Part shown: positions 9,988 to 19,515 of the stretch, one piece after another
How the letters are laid out: each line of letters opens with the position of its first letter
Position numbering within the stretch: position 1 is the first letter of the stretch
Source of the DNA: an uncultured delta proteobacterium
GTDB taxonomy: Bacteria; Myxococcota_A; Polyangia; Polyangiales; Polyangiaceae
NCBI GenBank assembly: GCA_963850305.1
Contig: CAWKKR010000007.1
Location: 704,001 to 768,000, forward strand
Direction of reading: 5' to 3'
Length of the DNA: 64,000 nucleotides
Program-made: the position numbers and the translations under genes
Notes under the pieces: model-generated
What the model saw: only the letters and a program-made list of their open reading frames with translations
The model's database searches: none
Told to the model about the DNA's origin: nothing

Positions 9988-11904
9988 TCAGATGTGGGTG
10001 GGCTCCGCGGGCTCCGGTGCGGACCGCGGAAAAGCGCCGGCGGTGGTCCCCCCGAGCAACTTCACGATCTCCGCGCGCTCCACCGTTTCGTGGGCAAGCA
10101 GCGCGTCCACCAGCCGATCCAGTGCGGGCCTTCGACTCTCGATGAGCCCCGTCGCACGTTCGAGCGCGCGAGAGAGGACGGCGCGCGCTTCCGATTCGAT
10201 CGCGGACACGGTGACGTCGCTCGTGCCGCTCTCGGTGGCGACGCGTTGCCCGAGAAACGGATGCTCGCTCTCGTGCTCATAGTACACCGCACCGAGTTTT
10301 TTGCTCATGCCGAAGTTTGCGACCATCTTGGTGGCCAGACGGGTTGCCTCCTTTAGATCGTTTTCGGCGCCGCTCGAGACGTCTCCGAGACACACGCGCT
10401 CCGCCGCATAGCCCCCCATCAGCACGTCGAGCCTGGCATCGAGCTCCGGCTCCGTCATGAGGTGACGATCGGCGCCCGGCGTCTGCTGCGTCGCGCCGAG
10501 CGCCATACCCCGCGGGATGATCGAAACACGGTGCGGCGGCTCCGCGTGATCCGTGAAGTGCGCGACCACCGTGTGGCCGGACTCGTGCACGGCGACCCGC
10601 TGCTTTTCCTTCGGGTCGAGCTTCGCCTCCCGGGCGTCGCCGAGGACGATCTTGTCGTAGGCAGCGGAGAAGTCGTCCGATTCGATGGCGTCTCCGCCTC
10701 GCCGTGTGGCGCCGAGGGCGGCTTCGTTCACCAGATTCGCTAGATCGGCTCCCGAGAATCCGGGCGTGTTGCGGGCGATCGAATCGAGATCGACGTTGCT
10801 GGCCAGGGGCTTCATCTTGACGTGTACGCCGAGGATCGCCCGGCGCGCGTCGAGCTCCGGACGATCGACGATCACGCGACGGTCGAAGCGGCCGGGACGG
10901 AGCAGCGCCGGATCCAGCACGTCGGGGCGATTGGTCGCGGCCAGGACTATCGTGAGATCGTTCCGCGAGAAGCCGTCCATTTCCGACAGGAGCTGGTTCA
11001 GCGTCTGCTCCCGCTCGTCGTGGCCGCCGCCGAGACCGGCTCCGCGAGAGCGCCCGACCGCGTCGATCTCGTCGATGAAGATGATCGAGGGCGCGTTGTT
11101 CTTGGCTTCCCCGAACAGATCTCGAACACGCGCGGCTCCGACACCCACGAACATCTCGATGAACTCCGAGGCGCTGATGGAATAGAACGAAACTTGCGAC
11201 TCTCCCGCGACCGCGCGCGCAAGCAGGGTCTTTCCGGTTCCGGGTGGTCCGATGAGCAAGACGCCCCGGGGCACCCGCCCTCCGAGACGCATGAACCGGG
11301 CGGGTTCCCGCAGGAAATCGACGACTTCTTCGAGGTCTCTCTTCGCGGCCTTCAAACCGGCGACGTCGTTGAACGTGACCTTGACGTTCGCGGTGCGCTC
11401 GAACCGGTGGCTACGCCCTTTGAGGAATCCCCCGAACGGACCGCCAGCGGACATGGCCGTCTGCGCGCGCCTCGAGAGCCAGACCCACACGCCGATGATG
11501 AGCACCCACGGCAAGAACGAAACGACGAGGTTTTGAAGAACGGGCTCCTGATCGGCGGTGACGTCGATGTCGGCGTGCTTGTCGTGCAAGAGCGGGAGCA
11601 GCGTGTCGTCGCGCTGCGGCAAGGTCGTTCGGAATCGAGCGATCTTGTGGCCGGAGATTTCTTCGCTGGCCTTGAGCTCGACCAGGGCTTCCCGGCTTTG
11701 AAGGACGACGCTCTTCACCTTGCCGTTCTGAATGAGCTCGTAAAACTGTGAGTACGAGACCTCCGGCGCCTCTTCTTTCGGAAGGAGAGTGTGTACGAGC
11801 GAGAAGACGAGCAGCATTCCCCCCAGCAAGACCAGCCAGAGCATGCGAACGGGCGTAGGTCCGCCGGGAGGGGTTGGTGCGGGCGGCGGGCCGACGTCTG
11901 GCAT
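9988..11904 (-). CDS. ftsH: ATP-dependent zinc metalloprotease FtsH
   Basis: Two TM segments; Walker A GPPGTGKT; Walker [37 protein letters not shown] zinc motif. Confidence 0.96.
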   Translation of the reverse strand: MPDVGPPPAPTPPGGPTPVRMLWLVLLGGMLLVFSLVHTLLPKEEAPEVSYSQFYELIQNGKVKSVVLQSREALVELKASEEISGHKIARFRTTLPQRDDTLLPLLHDKHADIDVTADQEPVLQNLVVSFLPWVLIIGVWVWLSRRAQTAMSAGGPFGGFLKGRSHRFERTANVKVTFNDVAGLKAAKRDLEEVVDFLREPARFMRLGGRVPRGVLLIGPPGTGKTLLARAVAGESQVSFYSISASEFIEMFVGVGAARVRDLFGEAKNNAPSIIFIDEIDAVGRSRGAGLGGGHDEREQTLNQLLSEMDGFSRNDLTIVLAATNRPDVLDPALLRPGRFDRRVIVDRPELDARRAILGVHVKMKPLASNVDLDSIARNTPGFSGADLANLVNEAALGATRRGGDAIESDDFSAAYDKIVLGDAREAKLDPKEKQRVAVHESGHTVVAHFTDHAEPPHRVSIIPRGMALGATQQTPGADRHLMTEPELDARLDVLMGGYAAERVCLGDVSSGAENDLKEATRLATKMVANFGMSKKLGAVYYEHESEHPFLGQRVATESGTSDVTVSAIESEARAVLSRALERATGLIESRRPALDRLVDALLAHETVERAEIVKLLGGTTAGAFPRSAPEPAEPTHI

Positions 11905-12013
11905 TGCGCGGGATGGTGTAATGGCTCGCGAGACGCGCGTCGAGGCCGGCCGTCACGTTCTCTCGTGTTTCCGTGCGTGCCCTCGACGGGCGCGACCGGG
12001 CTAGACTCGAGAT

Positions 12014-13525
12014 GTGACTGCTCCAGTCGTCATCGTGGGTGCCGGATCGAGCGGGTGCGTCCTCGCACGTCGGCTCTCCGAAGAAAACCGACGTGAAGTG
12101 CTCTTGCTCGAGGCCGGTCCGGATTATCTCCCGGAAGAGCTTCCAGCGGACCTTCGAGACGGGACCCGGAACTCGATGTCGGTCCACGATTGGTCTTATC
12201 GAAACAAGCCGAGCACCAGGGCTGTTCTGTCGCCCCTGCCGCGCGGACGCGTGGTGGGCGGGTCGTCCGCCGTGAACACGTGCATCGCGCTCCGCGGACA
12301 GCCGGAGGACTACGACGAGTGGGCGGCGCTCGGGCTTCCGGCGTGGAGTTTCGACCGTTGCTTGCCCGCGTTCAAGAGGCTCGAGTGCGACCTGGACTTC
12401 TCCGACGCCTATCACGGCAAAGACGGTCCCATGCCGGTGCGGCGTCACCCGCGCGACGAGCTGGCGCCTTTTCACGCCGCGTTCATGGACGCGTGCGCCG
12501 AGCTCGGGTTCCCGCCTTGCCCCGACAGCAACGCTCCTCTAGCCGCGGGATTCGGTCCGCACGCGATGAACAAGATCGGGGGGCGACGGATCAGCGCCGC
12601 CGAAGGCTATCTGACCGCCGAGGTCCGCGCGCGCCGCAATCTGCGAATCCGTGCCGAGACGCTCGTCCGTCGGATCCTTTTTGCCGGCAAACGAGCGACT
12701 GCCGTCGAAGTGGAAAGTCGATCGGGCGTGGCTCGAATCGAGGCGGGGCATGTCGTTCTATGCGCGGGGGCGATCAACACGCCCGGCATTCTACTTCGGT
12801 CCGGCGTGGGCCCGGATCGCGAGGTGCGGCGTTTGATGTGCGCCCCGGTGCTCGACGCGCCGGCCGTCGGTCACCGGCTGCTCGATCACCCCGGAACGGG
12901 GATCTTCGTCCTCGCCCGTCGCGGCGTGCGCGTCGATCGCACACAGCCGATCATCCAGGTGGCCCATCGGTATTCGTCGGAGCTGTGTAACAACGGCGCG
13001 GACGTCATGATTCAGTCCATAGCGTTCACGATGATTCTCGAGAGGCTTCCGCTCTTCGGGCTCGTGGTCCAGGTCGGCAAGCCGCGTGGTTCGGGCCTGC
13101 TGCGTTATCCCGATGCGAAGACGAACAGTCGCCCATTCATCGATTCGCACTTCTTCGAGGACGCGCAGGACCGTCGCATCGCGCGCGCCGCGCTCGCCCG
13201 GTGTCTGGACCTTCTCGAGACCCGCCCTCTGTCCGCGATGGGACGTCCGGTGTTGCCGTGGACGCGGGTCCTGCGGAGCCCACGGGTTCTCGAGCGATTC
13301 ATTCCCTTTCTCTGCGACTCCGGCTACCACCCGTGCGGGACCGTGCCGATGGGGAGCCGCCCGGGTGACTCGGCGGCCGTCGACGAGCGCGGGCGCGTAT
13401 TCGGGCTCGAGGGGCTCAGCGTATGCGATGCGAGCGTCATGCCCACCATCCCATCGAGCAACATCCACTTCCCGACGCTCATGGTGGCCGAGCGCATGGC
13501 GGAATGGCTCGAGGAAGAAGCGTGA
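12014..13525 (+). CDS. GMC family FAD oxidoreductase (choline dehydrogenase-like)
   Basis: GAGSSG Rossmann motif, RGRVVGGSSAVN, YHPCGT, DASVMP, N..PTLMVAER. Confidence 0.92.
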   Translation: MTAPVVIVGAGSSGCVLARRLSEENRREVLLLEAGPDYLPEELPADLRDGTRNSMSVHDWSYRNKPSTRAVLSPLPRGRVVGGSSAVNTCIALRGQPEDYDEWAALGLPAWSFDRCLPAFKRLECDLDFSDAYHGKDGPMPVRRHPRDELAPFHAAFMDACAELGFPPCPDSNAPLAAGFGPHAMNKIGGRRISAAEGYLTAEVRARRNLRIRAETLVRRILFAGKRATAVEVESRSGVARIEAGHVVLCAGAINTPGILLRSGVGPDREVRRLMCAPVLDAPAVGHRLLDHPGTGIFVLARRGVRVDRTQPIIQVAHRYSSELCNNGADVMIQSIAFTMILERLPLFGLVVQVGKPRGSGLLRYPDAKTNSRPFIDSHFFEDAQDRRIARAALARCLDLLETRPLSAMGRPVLPWTRVLRSPRVLERFIPFLCDSGYHPCGTVPMGSRPGDSAAVDERGRVFGLEGLSVCDASVMPTIPSSNIHFPTLMVAERMAEWLEEEA

Positions 13526-13539
13526 TCACCTCGCCGCGG

Positions 13540-14124
13540 TCAGATGACGCCGGTGACGAGCAGTAGCCCGATCCCCGCGAACACGACGGCGGCGATGCGG
13601 GTCATGCGCTCCGGATCCAGAAGCCGGGCGGCGCGATTTCCGACGAGCACCGCGACCGCGAGCGCTCCCCACAGGCCGAGCGTCGCCCCGGTGAAGACCG
13701 CCAGTGGAGCGCGATATCTCGCCGCGAGCGCTGCCGTGCCGAGCTGAGTGAGATCGCCCCATTCGGCGATGAACACGATCAGGAACACGCCACCGACGGT
13801 CCTGGCGAACGACATCTCTCCACTCGGAGTCTTCTCGGCGCCTTCATCGGCTTTTTCCTTGCGAACCCACATCACCACGGCCGACACCACGAACAGCAGG
13901 CCGGCGCCGATGTGCACCGGGCGCTCCGGCAGGAGTGACAGCAAACTTCCGGCGGCGACCGCGATGACGCTCTGAACGGCAAGGGCCAGCGCGGCGCCGA
14001 TGAAGACGGGCAACGCACTGAATCGTGTCGCGAGCACCAGCGCCGTCAACGACGTCTTGTCGGGGAGCTCGGCGAGGAAGATGATGCCGAAGACGGACAG
14101 GACCAGGTTGAAGGTCGCGGTCAA
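13540..14124 (-). CDS. TMEM165/GDT1 (UPF0016) family Mn2+/Ca2+ transporter
   Basis: Two repeats with AELPDKT and AEWGDLTQ motifs; about six TM helices. Confidence 0.9.
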   Translation of the reverse strand: MTATFNLVLSVFGIIFLAELPDKTSLTALVLATRFSALPVFIGAALALAVQSVIAVAAGSLLSLLPERPVHIGAGLLFVVSAVVMWVRKEKADEGAEKTPSGEMSFARTVGGVFLIVFIAEWGDLTQLGTAALAARYRAPLAVFTGATLGLWGALAVAVLVGNRAARLLDPERMTRIAAVVFAGIGLLLVTGVI

Positions 14125-14158
14125 AGCGTCCGTTTCTTACACGCGATCTCCGTGGGCG

Positions 14159-15013
14159 CTAAAATCTATACGCGAACTCGGCGCCTTGAGGCAGCGCTTG
14201 CGCTCGGACGCTTTCGAATCCGCCGAGAGCCGCGACCCGCAACGGGAGCACGGTCAGGTGCGCTTCGTCGCGCTGAAATCCGAGAACGGTGCCGACGATC
14301 GCCGAACCGAGCAATACCGCGACGCCGGTGCCGAAGAGCGGTTCGTGCACATCGTCCTGGTAGTAGCAAACGTCCGCGCCGCACACGTACTGGTGATTGA
14401 CGGCGGAGGCCATCATCACGACCCCGGTGATCAGGCCGCCGACGCCGACGAGCAAGCCGGCGAGCCGCAGTCCGCTGCGATCTTCGAAGGTGCCGTGTAG
14501 CTCGGACGGGCCCTGGATGAGTACGGGCGACGAGAGGGGGACGACGCGGCCGTGCCGTTCGAGCGCAAAGTCGTACGCGCCTGGAGCAAAGCGCGCGGCG
14601 CAATGTCCCCTGCAGATCGGCTGGTAACTCCGCGCGAGACCGCGGTGATAGTACCAGCCCCATTGATAACCATAATAGGCCGAGCGCTCGTAAGGCACGA
14701 CACCGTTTTCCATCAGGAGCGACACCTCCGGGTCCGCGCTGAACCGAACTTCCGAGGCTTCCTCGGGCTCCGGTGCGCGCGGCGCGTAGCGAGGCGGCGG
14801 AGCCTCCGGAGGCGGTGTCGCCTCGGGAGGTGGCGTCGCCTCGGGAGGTGGCGTCGCCTCGGGAGGTGGCGCTGCTCCGGCAGGCGCGGCCCCGGGACGT
14901 GGCTCGGCGTCGGCGGGCGCCGCCGGCGGTGACGCGGACTCTGCGCGCCCGATGCTGGCGGCAAACGCGACGATCGAAACGATGGATACGAAGCGGGATT
15001 TGTTGCCGATCAT
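14159..15013 (-). CDS. Exported/membrane protein with Pro-rich linker, unknown function
   Basis: ATG at 15013 gives the signal peptide MIGNKSRFVSIVSIVAFAASIGRA; two C-terminal hydrophobic segments. The upstream part of ORF 14159..15478 overlaps the AraC gene and is rejected. Confidence 0.7.
   Translation of the reverse strand: MIGNKSRFVSIVSIVAFAASIGRAESASPPAAPADAEPRPGAAPAGAAPPPEATPPPEATPPPEATPPPEAPPPRYAPRAPEPEEASEVRFSADPEVSLLMENGVVPYERSAYYGYQWGWYYHRGLARSYQPICRGHCAARFAPGAYDFALERHGRVVPLSSPVLIQGPSELHGTFEDRSGLRLAGLLVGVGGLITGVVMMASAVNHQYVCGADVCYYQDDVHEPLFGTGVAVLLGSAIVGTVLGFQRDEAHLTVLPLRVAALGGFESVRAQALPQGAEFAYRF
14817..14870. repeat. 18-bp tandem repeat, 3 copies, encoding PPEATP
   Basis: GTCGCCTCGGGAGGTGGC three times, read directly. 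Confidence 0.88.
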
Positions 15014-15091
15014 GCGTGGGACCTTGCTTGGCGAGGAGCCTCTAGCCTTCCACGAAAGGGCCTCCTTGTGTATTCCTAGTCGCCCGCTCGG

Positions 15092-16117
15092 ATGAAGACC
15101 TTTTTCACCGCGGACGAGCCGGTCGTCCCAGGCCACCATCCGCGCGTGCTCGTCGACACGGCCGTGGCCCAAGGGGCCGATAGCCGTGGGATTCTCGACG
15201 GCCTCGGGATTTCTTACGACGGGCTGGTCGATCCGGACTGTCGCGTCTCGTACGCCCAGTATGTCAAGATTGCCGAACGCGCGATCGCCCTGACCGGAAA
15301 CCCGGCAATCGGGATCGACTTCGGCAAACAGGCGCACGTCGCCCATTGGGGGGTGCTCGGGCTCGCGGCGATGAACGCCGCCACTGCCGGCGAGGCGCTG
15401 CGAATGAGCCTTCAGTACTACCGGACGTTCGCGCCCGGCTGGGATCTGTCCGTGCGCGTCGAGGGCGCCGTCGGCCATTTCGTCGCTCGCGAGACGATTT
15501 CACGCGGGGCGTTCCTGACGTTCGCAACGGAAGCGCTGCTCGCGACGATGTGGCGCCTCGCGACCGACGTCCTGAGAAAGCCGCTGCCCGTCCGGGAGCT
15601 CCGGCTCGGCTACCCGAGGCCGGCGCATGCGCATCGTTATTCCGAGTTCACGCTGGGGACAGTCGTCTTCGACTGCGACGCGACCGAGGCACTCTTCGAC
15701 GCGGCCGTGCTCGACGAGCCCATCGTGGGAGCGAGTCCGGCCATGGCGGTGGTCGCAGAGCGGTACTGCGCAGAGGAGGCGGCGCGCGTCGTCGTGACGG
15801 ACGGGCTGCTGGCGCAGGTCCGGAAGGCGATCGACGGGCACCCGGAGCCGCGGCCGCGCATCGACGCCATTGCACGCGAGTTGCGGACGAGCGGACGCTC
15901 TCTCCGGCGCGGTCTTCGGCAAATGGGAAGCACGTACCAGGCTTTGCTGGATGCATCCACGCGCGTGCGGGCCGAGGCCGAGCTTCGCAGGAGCGGCTCC
16001 AAGATAGAAGCGATAGCGCTTCAGATCGGGTTTGCCGACGTACGGAGCTTTCGTCGCGCCTTCAAGCGATGGACTGGCGTGAGTCCGCGGGAATTTCGCC
16101 GCCGGACGCGTCGTTGA
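15092..16117 (+). CDS. AraC-family transcriptional regulator (OruR/Arabinose_bd_2 type)
   Basis: C-terminal IALQIGFADVRSFRRAFKRWTGVSPREFR HTH; N-terminal GVLGLAAMNAAT ligand domain. Confidence 0.92.
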   Translation: MKTFFTADEPVVPGHHPRVLVDTAVAQGADSRGILDGLGISYDGLVDPDCRVSYAQYVKIAERAIALTGNPAIGIDFGKQAHVAHWGVLGLAAMNAATAGEALRMSLQYYRTFAPGWDLSVRVEGAVGHFVARETISRGAFLTFATEALLATMWRLATDVLRKPLPVRELRLGYPRPAHAHRYSEFTLGTVVFDCDATEALFDAAVLDEPIVGASPAMAVVAERYCAEEAARVVVTDGLLAQVRKAIDGHPEPRPRIDAIARELRTSGRSLRRGLRQMGSTYQALLDASTRVRAEAELRRSGSKIEAIALQIGFADVRSFRRAFKRWTGVSPREFRRRTRR

Positions 16118-16193
16118 GCGATCGCCCCCTGGGCCTGCGCAGGCCGCGCTTTCACCATTCCGACGATTGCGCTAGGACTGCCGCGGAGGTTAC

Positions 16194-16820
16194 ATGATTT
16201 CAGCGCGCGAAGGGCTCAAGCGATTGCAGGACGGCAATCACCGGTTCAAGGCGATGGTCGGCGCGGACGGTCTCCCGAAAAGCTCCCGGCGGATGGAGCT
16301 CACGAGCAGTCAGGAGCCATTTGCCATCGTGCTGGGCTGCTCCGACTCGCGCGTGCCGGCGGAGATCGTGTTCGACCAGGGGCTCGGAGATCTCTTCGTC
16401 ATTCGCGTGGCCGGGAACATCGTCGCGCCCTCGCAAGTCGGAAGCGTCGAGTTCGCTGCTGCGCGCTTCGGCACACGGCTGGTCGTCGTCCTCGGCCATT
16501 CTCAGTGCGGCGCGATCCTGGCGACACTGGAGGAGCTGCAGCGCCCCTCGGCGAATCAGTCGAGGAACCTTCGCTCGATCGTCGACCGCGTGCGGCCGTC
16601 GGTCGAAGGGCTGCTCGAGACCGAGCTTCGGCGCGACCTCTCGGCGGTCGTGAAGCATGCCGTGCGTCTCAACATCCGTTCGTCGGCGAGCCACCTCAGA
16701 CACGGTTCGCAGCTCCTCGAGCAGCTCATTCAAGACGATGGCCTCGTCGTGGTCGGAGCCGAATACTCGCTCGAAACGGGTGCCGTCGACTTCTTCGACG
16801 GAATGCCCGCGGAGGCGTGA
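16194..16820 (+). CDS. Beta-class carbonic anhydrase
   Basis: CSDSRV, GDLFVIRVAGN and HSQCGA zinc ligands; GGAGG RBS upstream. Confidence 0.95.
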   Translation: MISAREGLKRLQDGNHRFKAMVGADGLPKSSRRMELTSSQEPFAIVLGCSDSRVPAEIVFDQGLGDLFVIRVAGNIVAPSQVGSVEFAAARFGTRLVVVLGHSQCGAILATLEELQRPSANQSRNLRSIVDRVRPSVEGLLETELRRDLSAVVKHAVRLNIRSSASHLRHGSQLLEQLIQDDGLVVVGAEYSLETGAVDFFDGMPAEA

Positions 16821-16863
16821 GCGCCGAGTCCAAGGCCCTCGCGTGGCGCGGCACCGTACGCGT

Positions 16864-17679
16864 TCAGCGCCCGGCGTCGGTCTCGGAGCCCGTGTAGAAA
16901 TAGTAATCCGCGGTGTACGGCACGGGGACGGTTTCGCCGACGTTATGCTCGTTGCAGTCCGCTGCGGCCGGGGCGACACCGCCAGTGGTATTGAGCCGTT
17001 GAACGTACGTGACCTCCGAGAGCAAGCCGACAGCGCCGTCCGCTTCCCTCGAAGGGGTTCCCTTGAGTAGCAACCAGGGGATGGTGCCGGTCTTCGCGAC
17101 GGCGGCGAGCTTGGCGCCCTGCACGAAACTGCCGTCGGCGAGCGACTTCCAGGTGGGCGCGCCGCCGAACGCGGTCTCGAAGTGATGGACCAAGGGGTGA
17201 CCACAGCTGTCGGCGAGTGTCGCGTCCGGCTCCGACGAAAAAGGGGACGTCCACGAGTACGTGAAGCCGCCATCGAAGTCGGCCGCCGCGGTCGACTGGC
17301 ATTCGTAGACTTGCGCGCCGATCGCATGGAAGACATGAATCAGAGTCACGCCCTCGGGTACGTCGACGCCGGTACCGGTCGGCGCGGTCAGCGACTCGTC
17401 GGGCACGCAACCCGCGTCGCTACCCGCGTCCGCGGTGCCGCCCGTGCTGGTCGCGCCGCCCGTGCTGGTCGCGCCGCCCGTGCTGGTCGCGCCGCCCGCT
17501 CCGCCCGAGTTGCTGTTCGAGCCGCCGCTGGACGCGCCGCCGCTCGCAGGCGCTTCTCCGCCGGTTCCGGCATCCGAGCCATCGTGGGAGCCCGACGAGG
17601 AGCTGCAGGCGGCGACGGAGAGGCCCAATGAAGTCACGAGTAGAAGTGTCGAGGTGATTGAAAAGCTTCTGTTGGTCAT
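16864..17679 (-). CDS. DUF3455-domain lipoprotein
   Basis: VAAC lipobox; G.Q.Y.C, IPWLLL, YVQRLNTTGGVAP, VPYTADYYFY motifs. Confidence 0.82.
   Translation of the reverse strand: MTNRSFSITSTLLLVTSLGLSVAACSSSSGSHDGSDAGTGGEAPASGGASSGGSNSNSGGAGGATSTGGATSTGGATSTGGTADAGSDAGCVPDESLTAPTGTGVDVPEGVTLIHVFHAIGAQVYECQSTAAADFDGGFTYSWTSPFSSEPDATLADSCGHPLVHHFETAFGGAPTWKSLADGSFVQGAKLAAVAKTGTIPWLLLKGTPSREADGAVGLLSEVTYVQRLNTTGGVAPAAADCNEHNVGETVPVPYTADYYFYTGSETDAGR
17437..17498. repeat. 18-bp tandem repeat, 3 copies plus a partial, encoding GGATST
   Basis: GCCGCCCGTGCTGGTCGC three times, read directly. Confidence 0.85.
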
Positions 17680-17783
17680 GAAAGGTTCCCTCGCCGCGAC
17701 GGACGCACCCTTTGCGGCTGGCTTTGACGCTCGCTATCGCGCGTGCTGACGGGTTCTACGACCGGATCCGGTGGTCGTTTCGC

Positions 17784-18086
17784 TCAAACGCGATCGGGAG
17801 CGCGAATCGCCAGGAACCGCCCGCCCCACGTACCCGCGGCCATCGTCAACGCGAGCGGAAGCAGGTGCCCGACGAGAAGATGCGGCACGTATGCGACCGG
17901 GCACCAGAGATCCACGAATACCCACGAGCAAGCACCCACCGCGACGCCGATCGCGGCGCCCGTCAGGTGGGGATGAGCTGGATCGAGAAGCGCCGTGTTC
18001 CTGACCCGAAGCGCTGCCCGCGTGGGCGCACGCTCCTTACTGACGGCTGCGAGTACTCTCGAGCGAAGGTTGGCTGAGGGGATCAC
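17784..18086 (-). pseudogene. NrsF/DUF1109-like anti-sigma factor, internally deleted (N- and C-termini fused in frame)
   Basis: N-terminus LRSRVLAAVSKERAPTR joined directly to C-terminal DPAHPHLTGAAIGVAVGACSWVFVDLWCPVAYVPHLLVGHLLP. 100 aa versus about 200 aa typical of the family. Confidence 0.6.
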
Positions 18087-18237
18087 AGGAAACTAGAACG
18101 TAGCTCGCGCTATGTCGGACCGCCAGCCCGCGGCTCGGATGGGGGCGATGGCCATTCCGTTCGAAAGCCTTCCAGGTTCCTTCCGGGTGCCCAACGCGCG
18201 GACACGCAGCCGAAACGAATAATCGTAGAGAGTCCGC

Positions 18238-18262
18238 GTAACAGGTTCTGTCAGGGCGCGTA
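18238..18262 (+). promoter_or_regulatory. Putative ECF (SigF/EcfF-like) promoter GTAACA-N15-CGTA
   Basis: GTAACA at 18238-18243 and CGTA at 18259-18262, 10 nt before the ATG at 18273. Resembles the GTAAC...CG(A/T)A promoters of NrsF-controlled ECF sigma factors. Confidence 0.5.
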
Positions 18263-18272
18263 CTCGGACATC

Positions 18273-18530
18273 ATGAAAATCTCTCACTCTCTCGTCGCGG
18301 CGGCGGTGTCGGGCATCCTGTTTGGTTGCGGAGGCAGCCAAGCTTCGGGCGGTAGTCCCGCAACGCCGAACGACATGACCGGAAGCTCCACCCCTGATGC
18401 ACCCGGCGACAAGGCCGCGTGCAAGGGACGGAACGCTTGCAAATCACAGGGCAATTGCAAGACGGACGCCCACGCTTGCAAGGGACAGAACCAGTGCAAG
18501 GGACAGGGCGGCTGCTTCCAGGGCAAGTGA
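18273..18530 (+). CDS. Six-Cys bufferin (BufA2)-like metallophore/RiPP precursor with lipoprotein signal
   Basis: MKISHSLVAAAVSGILFGC lipobox; core ACKGRNACKSQGNCKTDAHACKGQNQCKGQGGC (two repeats of C-K-G-x-N-x-C-K-x-Q-G-x-C). Confidence 0.72.
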   Translation: MKISHSLVAAAVSGILFGCGGSQASGGSPATPNDMTGSSTPDAPGDKAACKGRNACKSQGNCKTDAHACKGQNQCKGQGGCFQGK

Positions 18531-18566
18531 AAGGGAGCGGAGCCCGTCTTGAATTTCCGCGCACGC

Positions 18567-19427
18567 TCAGTGGTAGAGCTGAACCTGCGCGAGCTTCGCC
18601 CGCACGTCGTTCAGGTGCGCGCTCGTGGGGAACCTCCGGATGAAGCTCCGCAGGGTCGTCTTGGCGTCGTTCCAGGCTTCGATGTCGAGCTGACATTCGG
18701 CGAGCAGGAACGCGGCGTCGTCGACGACTTCCTTGTCGGGCGAGGATTCGGATAGCTCGATGAGCATCGGGATCGCGTCGCGCTGGCGTCCGAGCGCGCG
18801 GAGCGTGACGGCGAGCTGGTACCGTGCTTCGGGCGATTGCGCCGCGTCGGGCTTGTACGCGAGTGAATCCCGGAACGCCTGCTCGGCTTCGTGCCACCGC
18901 GCCGTGCGCACGTGATCGAGTCCCGTCTGGTACGCGATGAGCGAGAGCTCGTTCTTCGCGCGCTCCACGGCGGCGTCGAAGAGCAGCCGCTCCGTGCGAC
19001 TCAAATCCAGGTGCGACACGGCATCGTACTGGTCGATCACTTCGCGCCGTTTGCCAGCGACGATGAGCGCGTAGTAGTCCGCCGCACCGCGTTCGGCGCG
19101 CGCGCGCGCGTCCTCCCGCGCTTCGAGGACCTTGAGCTCTTTGCCGACCTTGTCGGCTTCGTCGAAGGTATCCTTCGTCTGCGCCCGCACCGCGTCGACG
19201 CGCGCGTCGAGGATGACTTTGCCGGCGAACAGTACGAGCGCGACGAAGACGGCGTACGCAGTCGCGCTGTTCCATGTGAGTCGCCGCTCGTAACCCTGGA
19301 ATCGCTTGGCGATGCTCTTCACGTCCGCCGCGAGCGCATTCACGAGATTGTTCGTCTTGATCGTGAGCGACCGGCTCTCCACGATCTCGCGCTTGATCTC
19401 TTCGAGCTCGTTCCCAAACTCTTCCAT
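18567..19427 (-). CDS. Membrane-anchored coiled-coil/TPR protein with CpoB(YbgF)/BamD-like C-terminus
   Basis: ATG at 19427 (MEEFGNELEEIKRE); single TM; TPRs with EARYQLA, DDAAFLLAECQ, FIRRFPTS. Confidence 0.75.
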   Translation of the reverse strand: MEEFGNELEEIKREIVESRSLTIKTNNLVNALAADVKSIAKRFQGYERRLTWNSATAYAVFVALVLFAGKVILDARVDAVRAQTKDTFDEADKVGKELKVLEAREDARARAERGAADYYALIVAGKRREVIDQYDAVSHLDLSRTERLLFDAAVERAKNELSLIAYQTGLDHVRTARWHEAEQAFRDSLAYKPDAAQSPEARYQLAVTLRALGRQRDAIPMLIELSESSPDKEVVDDAAFLLAECQLDIEAWNDAKTTLRSFIRRFPTSAHLNDVRAKLAQVQLYH

Positions 19428-19515
19428 CGGCCGGCGAGAGTCGCCCGGGAAGGAGAGCCGCGGCAAGCAGGGTCTTCGCAACCGGGGCGTCGTGTAGTAG
19501 GGGAGGGCACCCCCA

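Noticed and set aside
14125..14158. yybP-ykoY Mn riboswitch upstream of the GDT1-family gene
   Set aside because: Only about 34 nt separate it from the upstream gene, too short for the aptamer.
18140..18200. GGCGATGG start resembling a fluoride riboswitch
   Set aside because: The complementary stem and the 3' CTGATGAC/CTAATGAC segment are missing.
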